A DNA stretch of 64,000 nucleotides from Cryomorphaceae bacterium (GCA_047633195.1 JBLIEU010000004.1:6145-70144); one strand, 5' to 3'; shown: positions 51,376 through 59,274, numbered from the stretch's first letter. The notes: generated by a model not told the origin, from the sequence alone. Made by a program: numbers and translations.

Positions 51376-51977
51376 ATTTTTTTGGCAGAAGTTTCTTCTT
51401 GAATTTTAGCTCTCAAATAAGCTTCACGGCACAATGGCTCGTAGCGATCGAGCTCTCCCAGTTCTATGGTATCGATGCCTCCGCTTATTCTGTGGGAGTA
51501 ACTCGCTAGCTTTCCTGTCTTCACGCAGATGGCGTGTACTTTGGTCACGTATTCGGCTACAGCCAAAACATTGGGCATGGGCCCAAACGGATTGCCTTGA
51601 AAGTCCATGTCCAATCCTGCTACGATCACGCGAATGCCTTGATTGGCTAATTCGTTGCACACATTGTGCAGATTGGTATCGAAAAATTGAGCTTCGTCAA
51701 TTCCAATTACATCTACGTCAGACGCGAGCAGTAAGATGTTTTCAGAAGAATCTACTGGTGTGCTGCGAATCGAATTTCGGTTGTGGCTCACCACTTCGTT
51801 GTCGTCGTAACGCGTGTCGATGCGCGGCTTGAAAATCTCAATCCTCTGGTTGGCAATTTTGGCTCGGTTTAGTCTACGGAGCAATTCTTCTGTTTTACCA
51901 GAAAACATTGAGCCGCAGATGGCTTCAATCCAGCCTCCTCCGGGTTTTTTTGATCTGACGGTATCTTCTAAAAACAT
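51372..51977 (-). CDS. tdk: Thymidine kinase
   Basis: [38 protein letters not shown]; start at ATG 51977. Confidence 0.95.
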   Translation of the reverse strand: MFLEDTVRSKKPGGGWIEAICGSMFSGKTEELLRRLNRAKIANQRIEIFKPRIDTRYDDNEVVSHNRNSIRSTPVDSSENILLLASDVDVIGIDEAQFFDTNLHNVCNELANQGIRVIVAGLDMDFQGNPFGPMPNVLAVAEYVTKVHAICVKTGKLASYSHRISGGIDTIELGELDRYEPLCREAYLRAKIQEETSAKKI

Positions 51978-52089
51978 ATAATCGTAAACACAACCATTCA
52001 GGCAATATGCCTTAGTTTTGTCGTTCAGCAAATTTAGCATTAATCAATAGCCATGGAAGACACGAGGGCGATTGACTCACCGTTAAATT

Positions 52090-52830
52090 ATGAACAAGAA
52101 TAAGCGTTTCATGACTATTCAGGATATCATTAAGCAACTCGACGAGTTGGGGACCAAATTGGAAGCCGGCCGACTGGCGCCAGAAGAAGTCATAGAGATG
52201 GCTGATCTCAGCCGAGATCTCTACGAACGCTTGGTGGTGATTCGGCACAAGTCCTACGAGGATTTGATACGCGAAGAGAGACAAGTAGAAGTAGTAGCAG
52301 AGCCAGAAGAACAGCCGATTCCAGAGGCAGTAGAAGAGCCTCAAACACCTCCCGTGGCTTCTGAAAAAGAAGTGATTGATGAGGCTATTTTCGATGACGA
52401 GTCTGCTCTACACACAGATTTAATAGAGGAAATCTCGGGCCCCGAGATTGCGATAGGAAGTGCAGATGTCACTCCAAACCAAATCTCGCTAATCGACTCC
52501 ATCGAAGAGATCAAGCAAATGGAGCAAAGCTTGAACGACAAGTTTCATGAGCAAAGCGATGAGAAATCATTGGCGCAAAGACTTCAGCAAAAACCCATCG
52601 AAGATTTAGTGGGTTCGATCGGCATCAATCAGAAATTTCGTTTTATCAGTCAGCTTTTTAATGAAGATCACCGGGCATTCGAAAATTCGGTGAAGAAGCT
52701 GAACTCTTTTGGATCTTATATAGAAGCCGACGAGTACATTCAGAATACGCTGAGTGAGCAGTATGCCTGGAACCCCAAAGATCCCGTGGTAAAGGAGTTG
52801 ATCGATTTGGCTCAACGCAGGTTTCTATGA
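52090..52830 (+). CDS. Hypothetical protein with an acidic linker and a conserved-looking C-terminal domain
   Basis: SLNDK...IGINQKFRFISQLF...RRFL; translationally coupled to the next gene. Confidence 0.7.
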   Translation: MNKNKRFMTIQDIIKQLDELGTKLEAGRLAPEEVIEMADLSRDLYERLVVIRHKSYEDLIREERQVEVVAEPEEQPIPEAVEEPQTPPVASEKEVIDEAIFDDESALHTDLIEEISGPEIAIGSADVTPNQISLIDSIEEIKQMEQSLNDKFHEQSDEKSLAQRLQQKPIEDLVGSIGINQKFRFISQLFNEDHRAFENSVKKLNSFGSYIEADEYIQNTLSEQYAWNPKDPVVKELIDLAQRRFL

Positions 52831-54047
52831 AAAAGCTTTTCGCGTTAATCTCATTCATTCTTGCCATCCAATTAAATGGGCAGAACCTCAATCAGGTAAA
52901 GGCTGATTTGGAGAAGCTAACATCGCCCGAGTTTGCAGGAAGAGGTTACGTAGAAGACGGCTTGGGCAAAGCTTCTGATTTTTTGCAAAATCGTCTGATG
53001 GTGATGGGTCTAAAGCCTGCGATTCAATCCTATGGTTATGCTGTGAACACTTTCCCCAAACTATCGACATTGAAAATTGGGAAGCAAAAGCTGAAAGAGG
53101 GAGTTGATTTTATCATTGATCCGCGATCAAATTCGCACAAGGGCAAATGGAAAATCATGCGCTTGGATTCGGCCACTCTTCTTTCAACTGCAGTTCCTGT
53201 TTTGCCCAAAGGCAGCGTTCCCGTTATCGATACCAAGGGAATTGATACACCAGATGAGGTGACGATTCAGCATGATTTTGTTAAAGCCGCATTGAGCAGA
53301 GGCCCCGTCATTCTGCTCAAGGATAAATTGACTTGGTCGGTCGGTCAACAGACACTTAGCAGTGCGATTTTTGAAGTGCTCGCTTCCTCTTTTCCTGCAG
53401 ACGTAGAAAAGTTGAGGGTAAAGACTCAGCCCATTCAAATTGAGTTCACGGCCGAAAATATCATTGCGAAAATCGAAGGAAAAAGATCGGATAGCCTTTT
53501 GGTTTTCACAGCACATTACGACCATCTGGGAAAGATGGGGAATGCCCTCTTTGCTGGTGCTAGCGACAATGCGACGGGAACGGCGACATTGCTGGACTTA
53601 GCGAGCCATTATTCTCAAAATCAGCCTGAGTATGACACCTACTTTATTTTCTTTTCAGGTGAAGAAGCGGGACTGATCGGCTCGCGTTATTTCGTGGAGT
53701 ATCCCACATTTGATTTGGAGGAAGTCAAGTTTTTGATCAATCTCGACTTGATGGGTTCTGCTGAAAAAGGAATTACCATTGTAAACGGTCGTTTGCACCA
53801 AGACCGCATGGCCAAAATGGCCTCCATTAACACAGACCAAAATTTGGTGCCCAAAATAAAACTCCGCGGAAAAGCAGCCAACAGTGATCACTTCTGGTTT
53901 TCCGAAAAGGGAGTTCCCGCCGTCTTTATTTATACTGAAGGAAATATTACGGCTTACCACGATGTATACGATCTTCCTGCGGTGGTGGATTGGAGCAACT
54001 ACGAGGAAGTTTTTACCTTGCTCACAGAATTCGTCAAAACCCTCTAG
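52827..54047 (+). CDS. M28 family metallopeptidase
   Basis: Signal peptide, TAHYDHLG, GASDNATG, SGEEAGLIGS, NLDLMG, NSDH, YHDVYD. Confidence 0.92.
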   Translation: MKKLFALISFILAIQLNGQNLNQVKADLEKLTSPEFAGRGYVEDGLGKASDFLQNRLMVMGLKPAIQSYGYAVNTFPKLSTLKIGKQKLKEGVDFIIDPRSNSHKGKWKIMRLDSATLLSTAVPVLPKGSVPVIDTKGIDTPDEVTIQHDFVKAALSRGPVILLKDKLTWSVGQQTLSSAIFEVLASSFPADVEKLRVKTQPIQIEFTAENIIAKIEGKRSDSLLVFTAHYDHLGKMGNALFAGASDNATGTATLLDLASHYSQNQPEYDTYFIFFSGEEAGLIGSRYFVEYPTFDLEEVKFLINLDLMGSAEKGITIVNGRLHQDRMAKMASINTDQNLVPKIKLRGKAANSDHFWFSEKGVPAVFIYTEGNITAYHDVYDLPAVVDWSNYEEVFTLLTEFVKTL

Positions 54048-54049
54048 CC

Positions 54050-54721
54050 TTGTCAAAACTCTATCTGGTTCCTACCCCCGTCGGCAATCTCGGCGACATG
54101 ACTTTTCGATCTGTCGAAGTGCTCAAATCGGTAGCGGCTATTCTCGCTGAAGACACGCGCACTTCAGGGAAGCTGCTCAAGCATTTTCAGATTGAGAACT
54201 CCATGATTCCCTTTCACTCTCACAATGAGCACCGGATGCTTGATCGGGTGATCGCGCGCCTCCAAAAAGGAGATGAGTTGGCTTTGATCACTGATGCGGG
54301 TACTCCTGGCGTTTCCGATCCTGGCTTTTTGTTGGTTAGGGCTTGCGCCGAAAATGACATTATTGTGGAAACCCTGCCGGGAGCCACTGCCGTAATTCCC
54401 GCTCTGATCAATTCGGGATTGCCCGCAGATCGATTTTGCTTTGAAGGTTTTCTCCCTCCTAAAAAGGGAAGGAACAAACGAATGATCGCTTTGGCGGAGG
54501 AAGAGCGCACCATGATCTTTTATGAATCGCCCCATCGTATTGTCAAGACATTGGTTCAGTTTGCTGAGTTTTTCGGAGACGATCGCCAAGCGGCTTTGGT
54601 GCGGGAGATTTCAAAAATTCACGAGGAAACCGTCCGCGGAAGTTTGGGCGAGTTGGTTGCAAGATATACCGATCATCCGCCAAAAGGGGAGATCGTTTTA
54701 GTCGTCCACGGAAAGAAATAG
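54050..54721 (+). CDS. rsmI: 16S rRNA (cytidine(1402)-2'-O)-methyltransferase
   Basis: TTG start, LYLVPTPVGNLGD, AEDTR, TDAGTPGVSDPG, YESPHR, REISKIHEE, KGEIV. Confidence 0.95.
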   Translation: MSKLYLVPTPVGNLGDMTFRSVEVLKSVAAILAEDTRTSGKLLKHFQIENSMIPFHSHNEHRMLDRVIARLQKGDELALITDAGTPGVSDPGFLLVRACAENDIIVETLPGATAVIPALINSGLPADRFCFEGFLPPKKGRNKRMIALAEEERTMIFYESPHRIVKTLVQFAEFFGDDRQAALVREISKIHEETVRGSLGELVARYTDHPPKGEIVLVVHGKK

Positions 54722-54845
54722 TGTCAGTCCATGCAGTCCGTTATCTGCGTTGCACTTGTTTTTAAAACGGTCATTGCCCAAAGGCAAATCCCTGATTTTA
54801 AAAACTTCGTGCGCCTTGTTACCGAACTACTTGGCTCAGCCACTT
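54719..54845. repeat. 127-bp ERIC-like palindromic element
   Basis: AGTG/CACT ends, GCAC/GTGC, GTTTTTAAAA/TTTTAAAAAC and central TTGCC-CAAA-GGCAA; CTGCGTTG, GTCA and GCGCCTTG sit in the same relative positions as in ERIC (from memory of the consensus). Confidence 0.6.
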
Positions 54846-54872
54846 CAGTATAACGAATAACTCTAAGAAGTC

Positions 54873-55895
54873 ATGAAGGCAGTATTTTTAAAATCATTCG
54901 GCAAACCAGAACAAGCTTTTGAAATCAGGGAAACCGATAAACCGGTTTGCAAAGATTTTCAAGTATTGATTAAGGTGGAAGCCTTCGGATTAAACTTTGC
55001 CGATGTCCTAGCTCGCAGCGGCATGTACCCTGAAACGCCGCCAACGCCTTGCGTGATTGGCTACGAAGTAGTAGGCAGAATCGAAGAAGCTGGTAAAGGT
55101 GTCCCCGATGGGAATGTTGGAAAACGCGTTGTTGCCTTGACCCGTTTTGGCGGTTACGCAGAATATGCCGCTAGTGATTATCGGGCTCTTGCCGAAATTT
55201 CAGATGATTTTGATGCTTCGAAAGCATTGGCACTCGGGACTCAAGGAACCACTGCTTACGTGTGCTTCGAAGAGAGTATGAACCTTTATAAAGGAGACAA
55301 AGTGCTTGTGCATGCCGCTGCCGGTGGAGTGGGTTTGATGCTTTGTCAATTGGCTTTGGCCAAAGGATGCGAGGTTTTCGGAACAGCGAGTCAATCAAAA
55401 AAACTCGACTTCTTAAAAGAAATGGGCGTTCAGCATCCCATCAATTACAAAGAGCAGGATTACTCAGAAGCCATCAACAAAATTTTGAAGAAAGACAGGC
55501 TAGATGCCACTTTCAATTCCCTTGCTGGAAAGAGCACGAAGAAAGATTTGAAACTTCTGGGAGCAGGAGGGAAGTTTGTGATTTTCGGCGCAGCTTCGAG
55601 GGTTGGAGGCTCGAAAGGAATTATCTCAGGGCTGAAGTTGCTTTGGCAAACGGGGTTATTTTCGCCACTTACCTTAATCATGCGGTCGAAATCGGTGATT
55701 GGTATCAATATTCTAAAGCTGGGAGATTACAAACCTCAGGTTGTGGCGAAGTGCATGCAGGAAACTGTCGCACTTGCGGAGAAAGGAGTTTTGAAACCCG
55801 TAGTTCATGAAACCTACTCTGTCGATCAATTGGAGGAAGCCCACAAGGCTTTGGAGAATCGAGGAACGATTGGAAAATTGGCTGTGAGGTGGTAA
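54873..55895 (+). CDS. MDR/zeta-crystallin family NADPH:quinone oxidoreductase (VAT1-like)
   Basis: GLNFAD, GYEVVG, TRFGGYAE, HAAAGGVG, GTIGKL. Confidence 0.88.
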   Translation: MKAVFLKSFGKPEQAFEIRETDKPVCKDFQVLIKVEAFGLNFADVLARSGMYPETPPTPCVIGYEVVGRIEEAGKGVPDGNVGKRVVALTRFGGYAEYAASDYRALAEISDDFDASKALALGTQGTTAYVCFEESMNLYKGDKVLVHAAAGGVGLMLCQLALAKGCEVFGTASQSKKLDFLKEMGVQHPINYKEQDYSEAINKILKKDRLDATFNSLAGKSTKKDLKLLGAGGKFVIFGAASRVGGSKGIISGLKLLWQTGLFSPLTLIMRSKSVIGINILKLGDYKPQVVAKCMQETVALAEKGVLKPVVHETYSVDQLEEAHKALENRGTIGKLAVRW

Positions 55896-55899
55896 TTGC

Positions 55900-56811
55900 T
55901 TAAGCCATCTTTCTTAAAAAATCCTCTAGCTCTTTTTGAAACTCGCCTTCGGGAGCGCCAATCAGTGCTTTTACATTGGCGTCTTCGTTCACTCTGATTT
56001 GTCTCAACTTTAGTTGTTGGTCGACATAAAGCATCTCCATTTCGGGCATGATGTCTTTTAGGGTGTAGGCCACATCGTTGACCGAAAGATTGCGATCAAC
56101 CAGATTGTAAATCTTCTTTCTGCTGTTCGCAAAGCTCAGTTTTTCAATGAAATCGGCCACTCTCTGGATTTGGACAAAAGCGCGCAACTGCTCCCCCGAG
56201 CCATTGATGGTTACTCGGTTGAAATTCTTGGCCTGAAATACAAAACGATTGATCACCGAATCGAAGCGCATACTCTTTGAGTATCCATAAACATTGGCAC
56301 ATCGAACAATAGATACTTCTTTTTTGCCAGCAAGTCTGCCGATGTGCTCTTCTCCTTTTAGCTTTGATATTCCGTAAAAAGTCTTAGGATTTGGAGTTGA
56401 TTCGGGTGTGGCGGATTCTTCTCCAGAGCCATACACGCTCGCGCTACTCAGGTAGATCACTTTATCGCAATCGGACTCTTCTAGAGCATAAGACAGTTCG
56501 GCTGTTCCCCAATGGTTTACCTGATCGAAAAGGTGGGGGCTGATGTCGGCAAAAGGAGTACTCACTTTCGCCGCTAAATGAATGACTAAATCGGCATTGG
56601 CAATCTCCTTCTTCAACGTATAGGAATCGAGAATATCTGCTTCGACAAAACTCGTCTTCTCGTTAAGTTTCTCGGGGCCTAAGAAAATGTTGTAATTTTT
56701 TCGACTTAGGTTGTCGTAGATACGGATCGACTCCACTTCTTCGTGGTTCATCAAGCGTAAGCTGATTTCGGTGCCGAGGTATCCAGCACCTCCTGTGATC
56801 AATATTCTCAT
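55900..56811 (-). CDS. NAD-dependent epimerase/dehydratase (extended SDR)
   Basis: ITGGAGYLG, HLAA, SSASVYG, YGISK, RCANVYG. Confidence 0.88.
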   Translation of the reverse strand: MRILITGGAGYLGTEISLRLMNHEEVESIRIYDNLSRKNYNIFLGPEKLNEKTSFVEADILDSYTLKKEIANADLVIHLAAKVSTPFADISPHLFDQVNHWGTAELSYALEESDCDKVIYLSSASVYGSGEESATPESTPNPKTFYGISKLKGEEHIGRLAGKKEVSIVRCANVYGYSKSMRFDSVINRFVFQAKNFNRVTINGSGEQLRAFVQIQRVADFIEKLSFANSRKKIYNLVDRNLSVNDVAYTLKDIMPEMEMLYVDQQLKLRQIRVNEDANVKALIGAPEGEFQKELEDFLRKMA

Positions 56812-57468
56812 CTAACTTTTTTCTGTCAATTCAGTGTGAAGACCACACTCAGTTTTACTCAAGCCAAACCATCTGGCGGCGCGAGGATCATCCAAATCTG
56901 TTTTCCGAGTACACGGAATGCACCCGATGCTCTGGTAGCCTTTTGCGTCAAGCGGATGTCTGGGCAAATTGTGCTCTTTGATGTAATCAAAAACGTCTTT
57001 CCCCGACCAGTCCAGCATGGGGTGAAAGCGTTCTGTTTCGAACTTGGCAGCTTGGTAAGTAGTCATATTGCGGCGATTCAAATTTTGATCGGCCCGCACG
57101 CCGTTTACCCAAATATCATATGCGTGAAGCAATCGTTCGGTTGGTTCTACCTTATTCAAATGGCAACAGTAATCAGGATTGGAAGTAAAAAAGAAATTTC
57201 CGTTTGCATCTTTTTGCTGATGTTTGGGAGTCGAAGAAGAGATAGTTCTCAAATCCAAGTTTAGCTGACCGGCGACCTCATCGCGAAATGCCAAAGTCTC
57301 GGGAAATAGAAATCCAGTATTCAGACAGTACACAGGTATTGGAACCTCGCTTTTGCTGATGATATGCAATAAGGGAATGGAGTGCGTTTGAAACGACGAG
57401 GTGAGAAATAGCTTCTTTCCTTCTGCCTCTAATTTCCTTAGTTCATCTATAGCTGACTCTACTTTCAT
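56812..57468 (-). CDS. cysH: APS/PAPS reductase (Fe-S motif type)
   Basis: TSSFQ, NTGFLFPET, DYCCHLNKVEP, YQSIGCIPCT, RWFGLSKTECGLH. Confidence 0.9.
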   Translation of the reverse strand: MKVESAIDELRKLEAEGKKLFLTSSFQTHSIPLLHIISKSEVPIPVYCLNTGFLFPETLAFRDEVAGQLNLDLRTISSSTPKHQQKDANGNFFFTSNPDYCCHLNKVEPTERLLHAYDIWVNGVRADQNLNRRNMTTYQAAKFETERFHPMLDWSGKDVFDYIKEHNLPRHPLDAKGYQSIGCIPCTRKTDLDDPRAARWFGLSKTECGLHTELTEKS

Positions 57469-57482
57469 TGGGATAAAGTTAA

Positions 57483-57953
57483 TTAGTCTTTCTTTGAAAG
57501 AGGTGCCTTTCGTCTGATGCTTTGTTCGAGCGAAATCATGGTTTCAGTGCGCTGTATGCCATCTACCTTTTGAATTTTTTCATTCAGTACTTGTCTTAGG
57601 TTTTCAGTATTTCGACAAACCACTTTCAAAAAGATGCTGTAGCCACCTGTTGTGTAGAATGCCTCAACTATTTCTTCAATGGCGTTGAGCTGCTTTATCA
57701 CATCTTGGTAAACGGCTCCTTTGTCCATGAAGACTCCTATAAACGCAGTAAGATCGAAGCCCAGCTTCGCAGAGTCAACGACAATTTCAGTTCCTTTTAC
57801 CACTCCCGCCGCTTCCATTTTTTTCATACGAACATGGATGGTTCCAGCCGAGACAATGAGTTTTTCGGCGATTTCAGTGTATGGAGTGCGGGCGTTAGCA
57901 CTTAATATTTCTAAAATCTGACGATCGAGTTTATCGATTTGATAATTCATCAT
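57483..57953 (-). CDS. asnC: Lrp/AsnC family transcriptional regulator, AsnC-like
   Basis: YQIDKLDRQIL, NARTPYTEIA, VSAGTIHVR, LGFDLTAFIG, YTTGGYSIF, IQRTETMISL; close to the E. coli AsnC pattern. Confidence 0.85.
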   Translation of the reverse strand: MMNYQIDKLDRQILEILSANARTPYTEIAEKLIVSAGTIHVRMKKMEAAGVVKGTEIVVDSAKLGFDLTAFIGVFMDKGAVYQDVIKQLNAIEEIVEAFYTTGGYSIFLKVVCRNTENLRQVLNEKIQKVDGIQRTETMISLEQSIRRKAPLSKKD

Positions 57954-58082
57954 TGACTATTTATTATCTAAATATAGTATTCGAAATGAATGGGTGATAA
58001 AATAGTGATTCTGTAAAAATACATCCATTATGTAACGAATATAGCAATGAAAAGGTATAACCTCTAAATTAGTCCTAATCCT

Positions 58083-58199
58083 TGTAGGGTGATGAAACCG
58101 GCAGACATGCCCTCCTGTCTCGAGGGTGGAGGTAAAGAATAAATTCTGATCTCGATCGGAACTAACTGCTCCATGGAGGTTCGAATCCTTCTCCTACAG
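58083..58199 (+). ncRNA. tRNA-like RNA, GUC (Asp) anticodon, 48-nt variable arm (copy 1)
   Basis: Acceptor TGTAGGG/TCCTACA plus G73; D arm ATG-AAACCGGCAGA-CAT; anticodon arm CCCTC-CTGTCTC-GAGGG; T arm GGAGG-TTCGAAT-CCTTC; no encoded CCA. Confidence 0.85.
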
Positions 58200-58206
58200 C
58201 TCAAAA

Positions 58207-58241
58207 AAAAGCGACATCCGACTAAGTCGAATGCCGCTTTT
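58207..58241 (+). terminator. Intrinsic terminator after tRNA-like copy 1
   Basis: AAAAGCGACATCCGAC-TAA-GTCGAATGCCGCTTTT. Confidence 0.7.
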
Positions 58242-58284
58242 ACTTTTACAAAAGTTGTGACAGCGCTTTCAAATAAAGCCTTAC

Positions 58285-58575
58285 TTACTTTGTTACAGTG
58301 GTCATTGTTGGTGTGTATAAACCGAAGGTGAGACCTGCGACAAGACCATTTACGAATGAATGTTTGTGTTCTATTGTATAGTCAGTTGCGCCACCTGCAA
58401 GCTCTGCAGCATCAGATACTCCGACAGGAGCCAATCCAAAAACTACAAAGTGATTCCAAGCAGTAACTTCTTGGTTGCCTTGAGCACCGTTTCCGACTAC
58501 TATCGTATACGTATAGCAAGAGCTGAGCAAAAGGATCCCAGCAAAGGCAAAGAATAAACTCTTTAAATGTTTCAT
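58285..58575 (-). CDS. Bor/Iss-like small lipoprotein (copy A)
   Basis: Lipobox LLSSC, WNHFVVFGL, SFVNGLVAGLTFGLYTP; start at ATG 58575 by alignment with copy B. Confidence 0.8.
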   Translation of the reverse strand: MKHLKSLFFAFAGILLLSSCYTYTIVVGNGAQGNQEVTAWNHFVVFGLAPVGVSDAAELAGGATDYTIEHKHSFVNGLVAGLTFGLYTPTMTTVTK

Positions 58576-58584
58576 TGAACTATT

Positions 58585-58648
58585 TTTTTCTCCTACTCGT
58601 ATGGCTTTTCGGTTTCGCCTCGTTTGAAATGGTTTCAGAACTCCACTT
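58585..58648 (-). promoter_or_regulatory. Conserved leader upstream of Bor-like copy A
   Basis: 64 nt nearly identical to 59212-59274. Confidence 0.6.
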
Positions 58649-58682
58649 TGTTTTTTGATCCTTAAAATCACTCTTAGAATCG

Positions 58683-58880
58683 TCAATCCACCGCTTTGAA
58701 GATTTTTCTTCCTAGTACAATCACGCCTGCCAACCCGACAATAAATAGGAGGACAAGACCCACCACATAGCCGTAGCCATAGGGTGTGATTCCATCTCTA
58801 ATTATTAGAGCCACATTGACTAATGAGATTAGCGCCAAAAGTAGAATTGCGACAGATAAACCAAATCCAATCTTTTTCAT
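58683..58880 (-). CDS. Small two-TM membrane protein
   Basis: 65 aa; two hydrophobic helices linked by TPYGYGY. Confidence 0.6.
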   Translation of the reverse strand: MKKIGFGLSVAILLLALISLVNVALIIRDGITPYGYGYVVGLVLLFIVGLAGVIVLGRKIFKAVD

Positions 58881-58911
58881 TTTCTCAAGCGTTTTAAGAA
58901 GTCAGAGTGGT

Positions 58912-59202
58912 TTACTTGGTAACCGTAGTTGTTGTCGGAGTGTAAAGACCGAATGTAAGCCCGCCTACTAATCCGTTTACAAACGAACGTTGTATCTGAA
59001 CATCATAGTTTTCAGCTTCGCCCGCCATTTCTTTTGGATCAGAGACTCCAACCGGAGCAAGACCTGCAATAAGGTAGTGGTTCCAAGATTTGGTTTTTTC
59101 ATTTCCTTGTGCACCGCTACCTATTGATACCGAGTAAGTGAAGCAACTGCTCAGTAAAAGCACCCCTGCGAAGGCAAAAAACAAACTTTTTAAGTGTTTC
59201 AT
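58912..59202 (-). CDS. Bor/Iss-like small lipoprotein (copy B)
   Basis: Lipobox LLSSC, WNHYLIAGL, SFVNGLVGGLTFGLYTP; paralog of copy A. Confidence 0.8.
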   Translation of the reverse strand: MKHLKSLFFAFAGVLLLSSCFTYSVSIGSGAQGNEKTKSWNHYLIAGLAPVGVSDPKEMAGEAENYDVQIQRSFVNGLVGGLTFGLYTPTTTTVTK

Positions 59203-59211
59203 CGATTTATG

Positions 59212-59274
59212 TTTTTCTCCTACTCATATGGCTTTTCGGTTCCGCCTCGTTTTAGTGGTTTCAGAACTCCACTT
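59212..59274 (-). promoter_or_regulatory. Conserved leader upstream of Bor-like copy B
   Basis: 63 nt nearly identical to 58585-58648. Confidence 0.6.

Larger units (their letters stand above)
57869..58247. repeat. Duplicated unit copy 1 (asnC 5' end, spacer, tRNA-like RNA, terminator)
   Basis: Aligns by eye with 59615-59986. Confidence 0.9.

Noticed and set aside
58083-58199. tmRNA or T-box leader
   Set aside because: A full anticodon arm is present, and there is no tag ORF, T-box motif or downstream sense gene.
58585-58648. Fluoride, preQ1 or c-di-GMP riboswitch, or an attC site, in the Bor leader
   Set aside because: Only short words such as TGGAGTTC match; the other required motifs and attC ends are missing.
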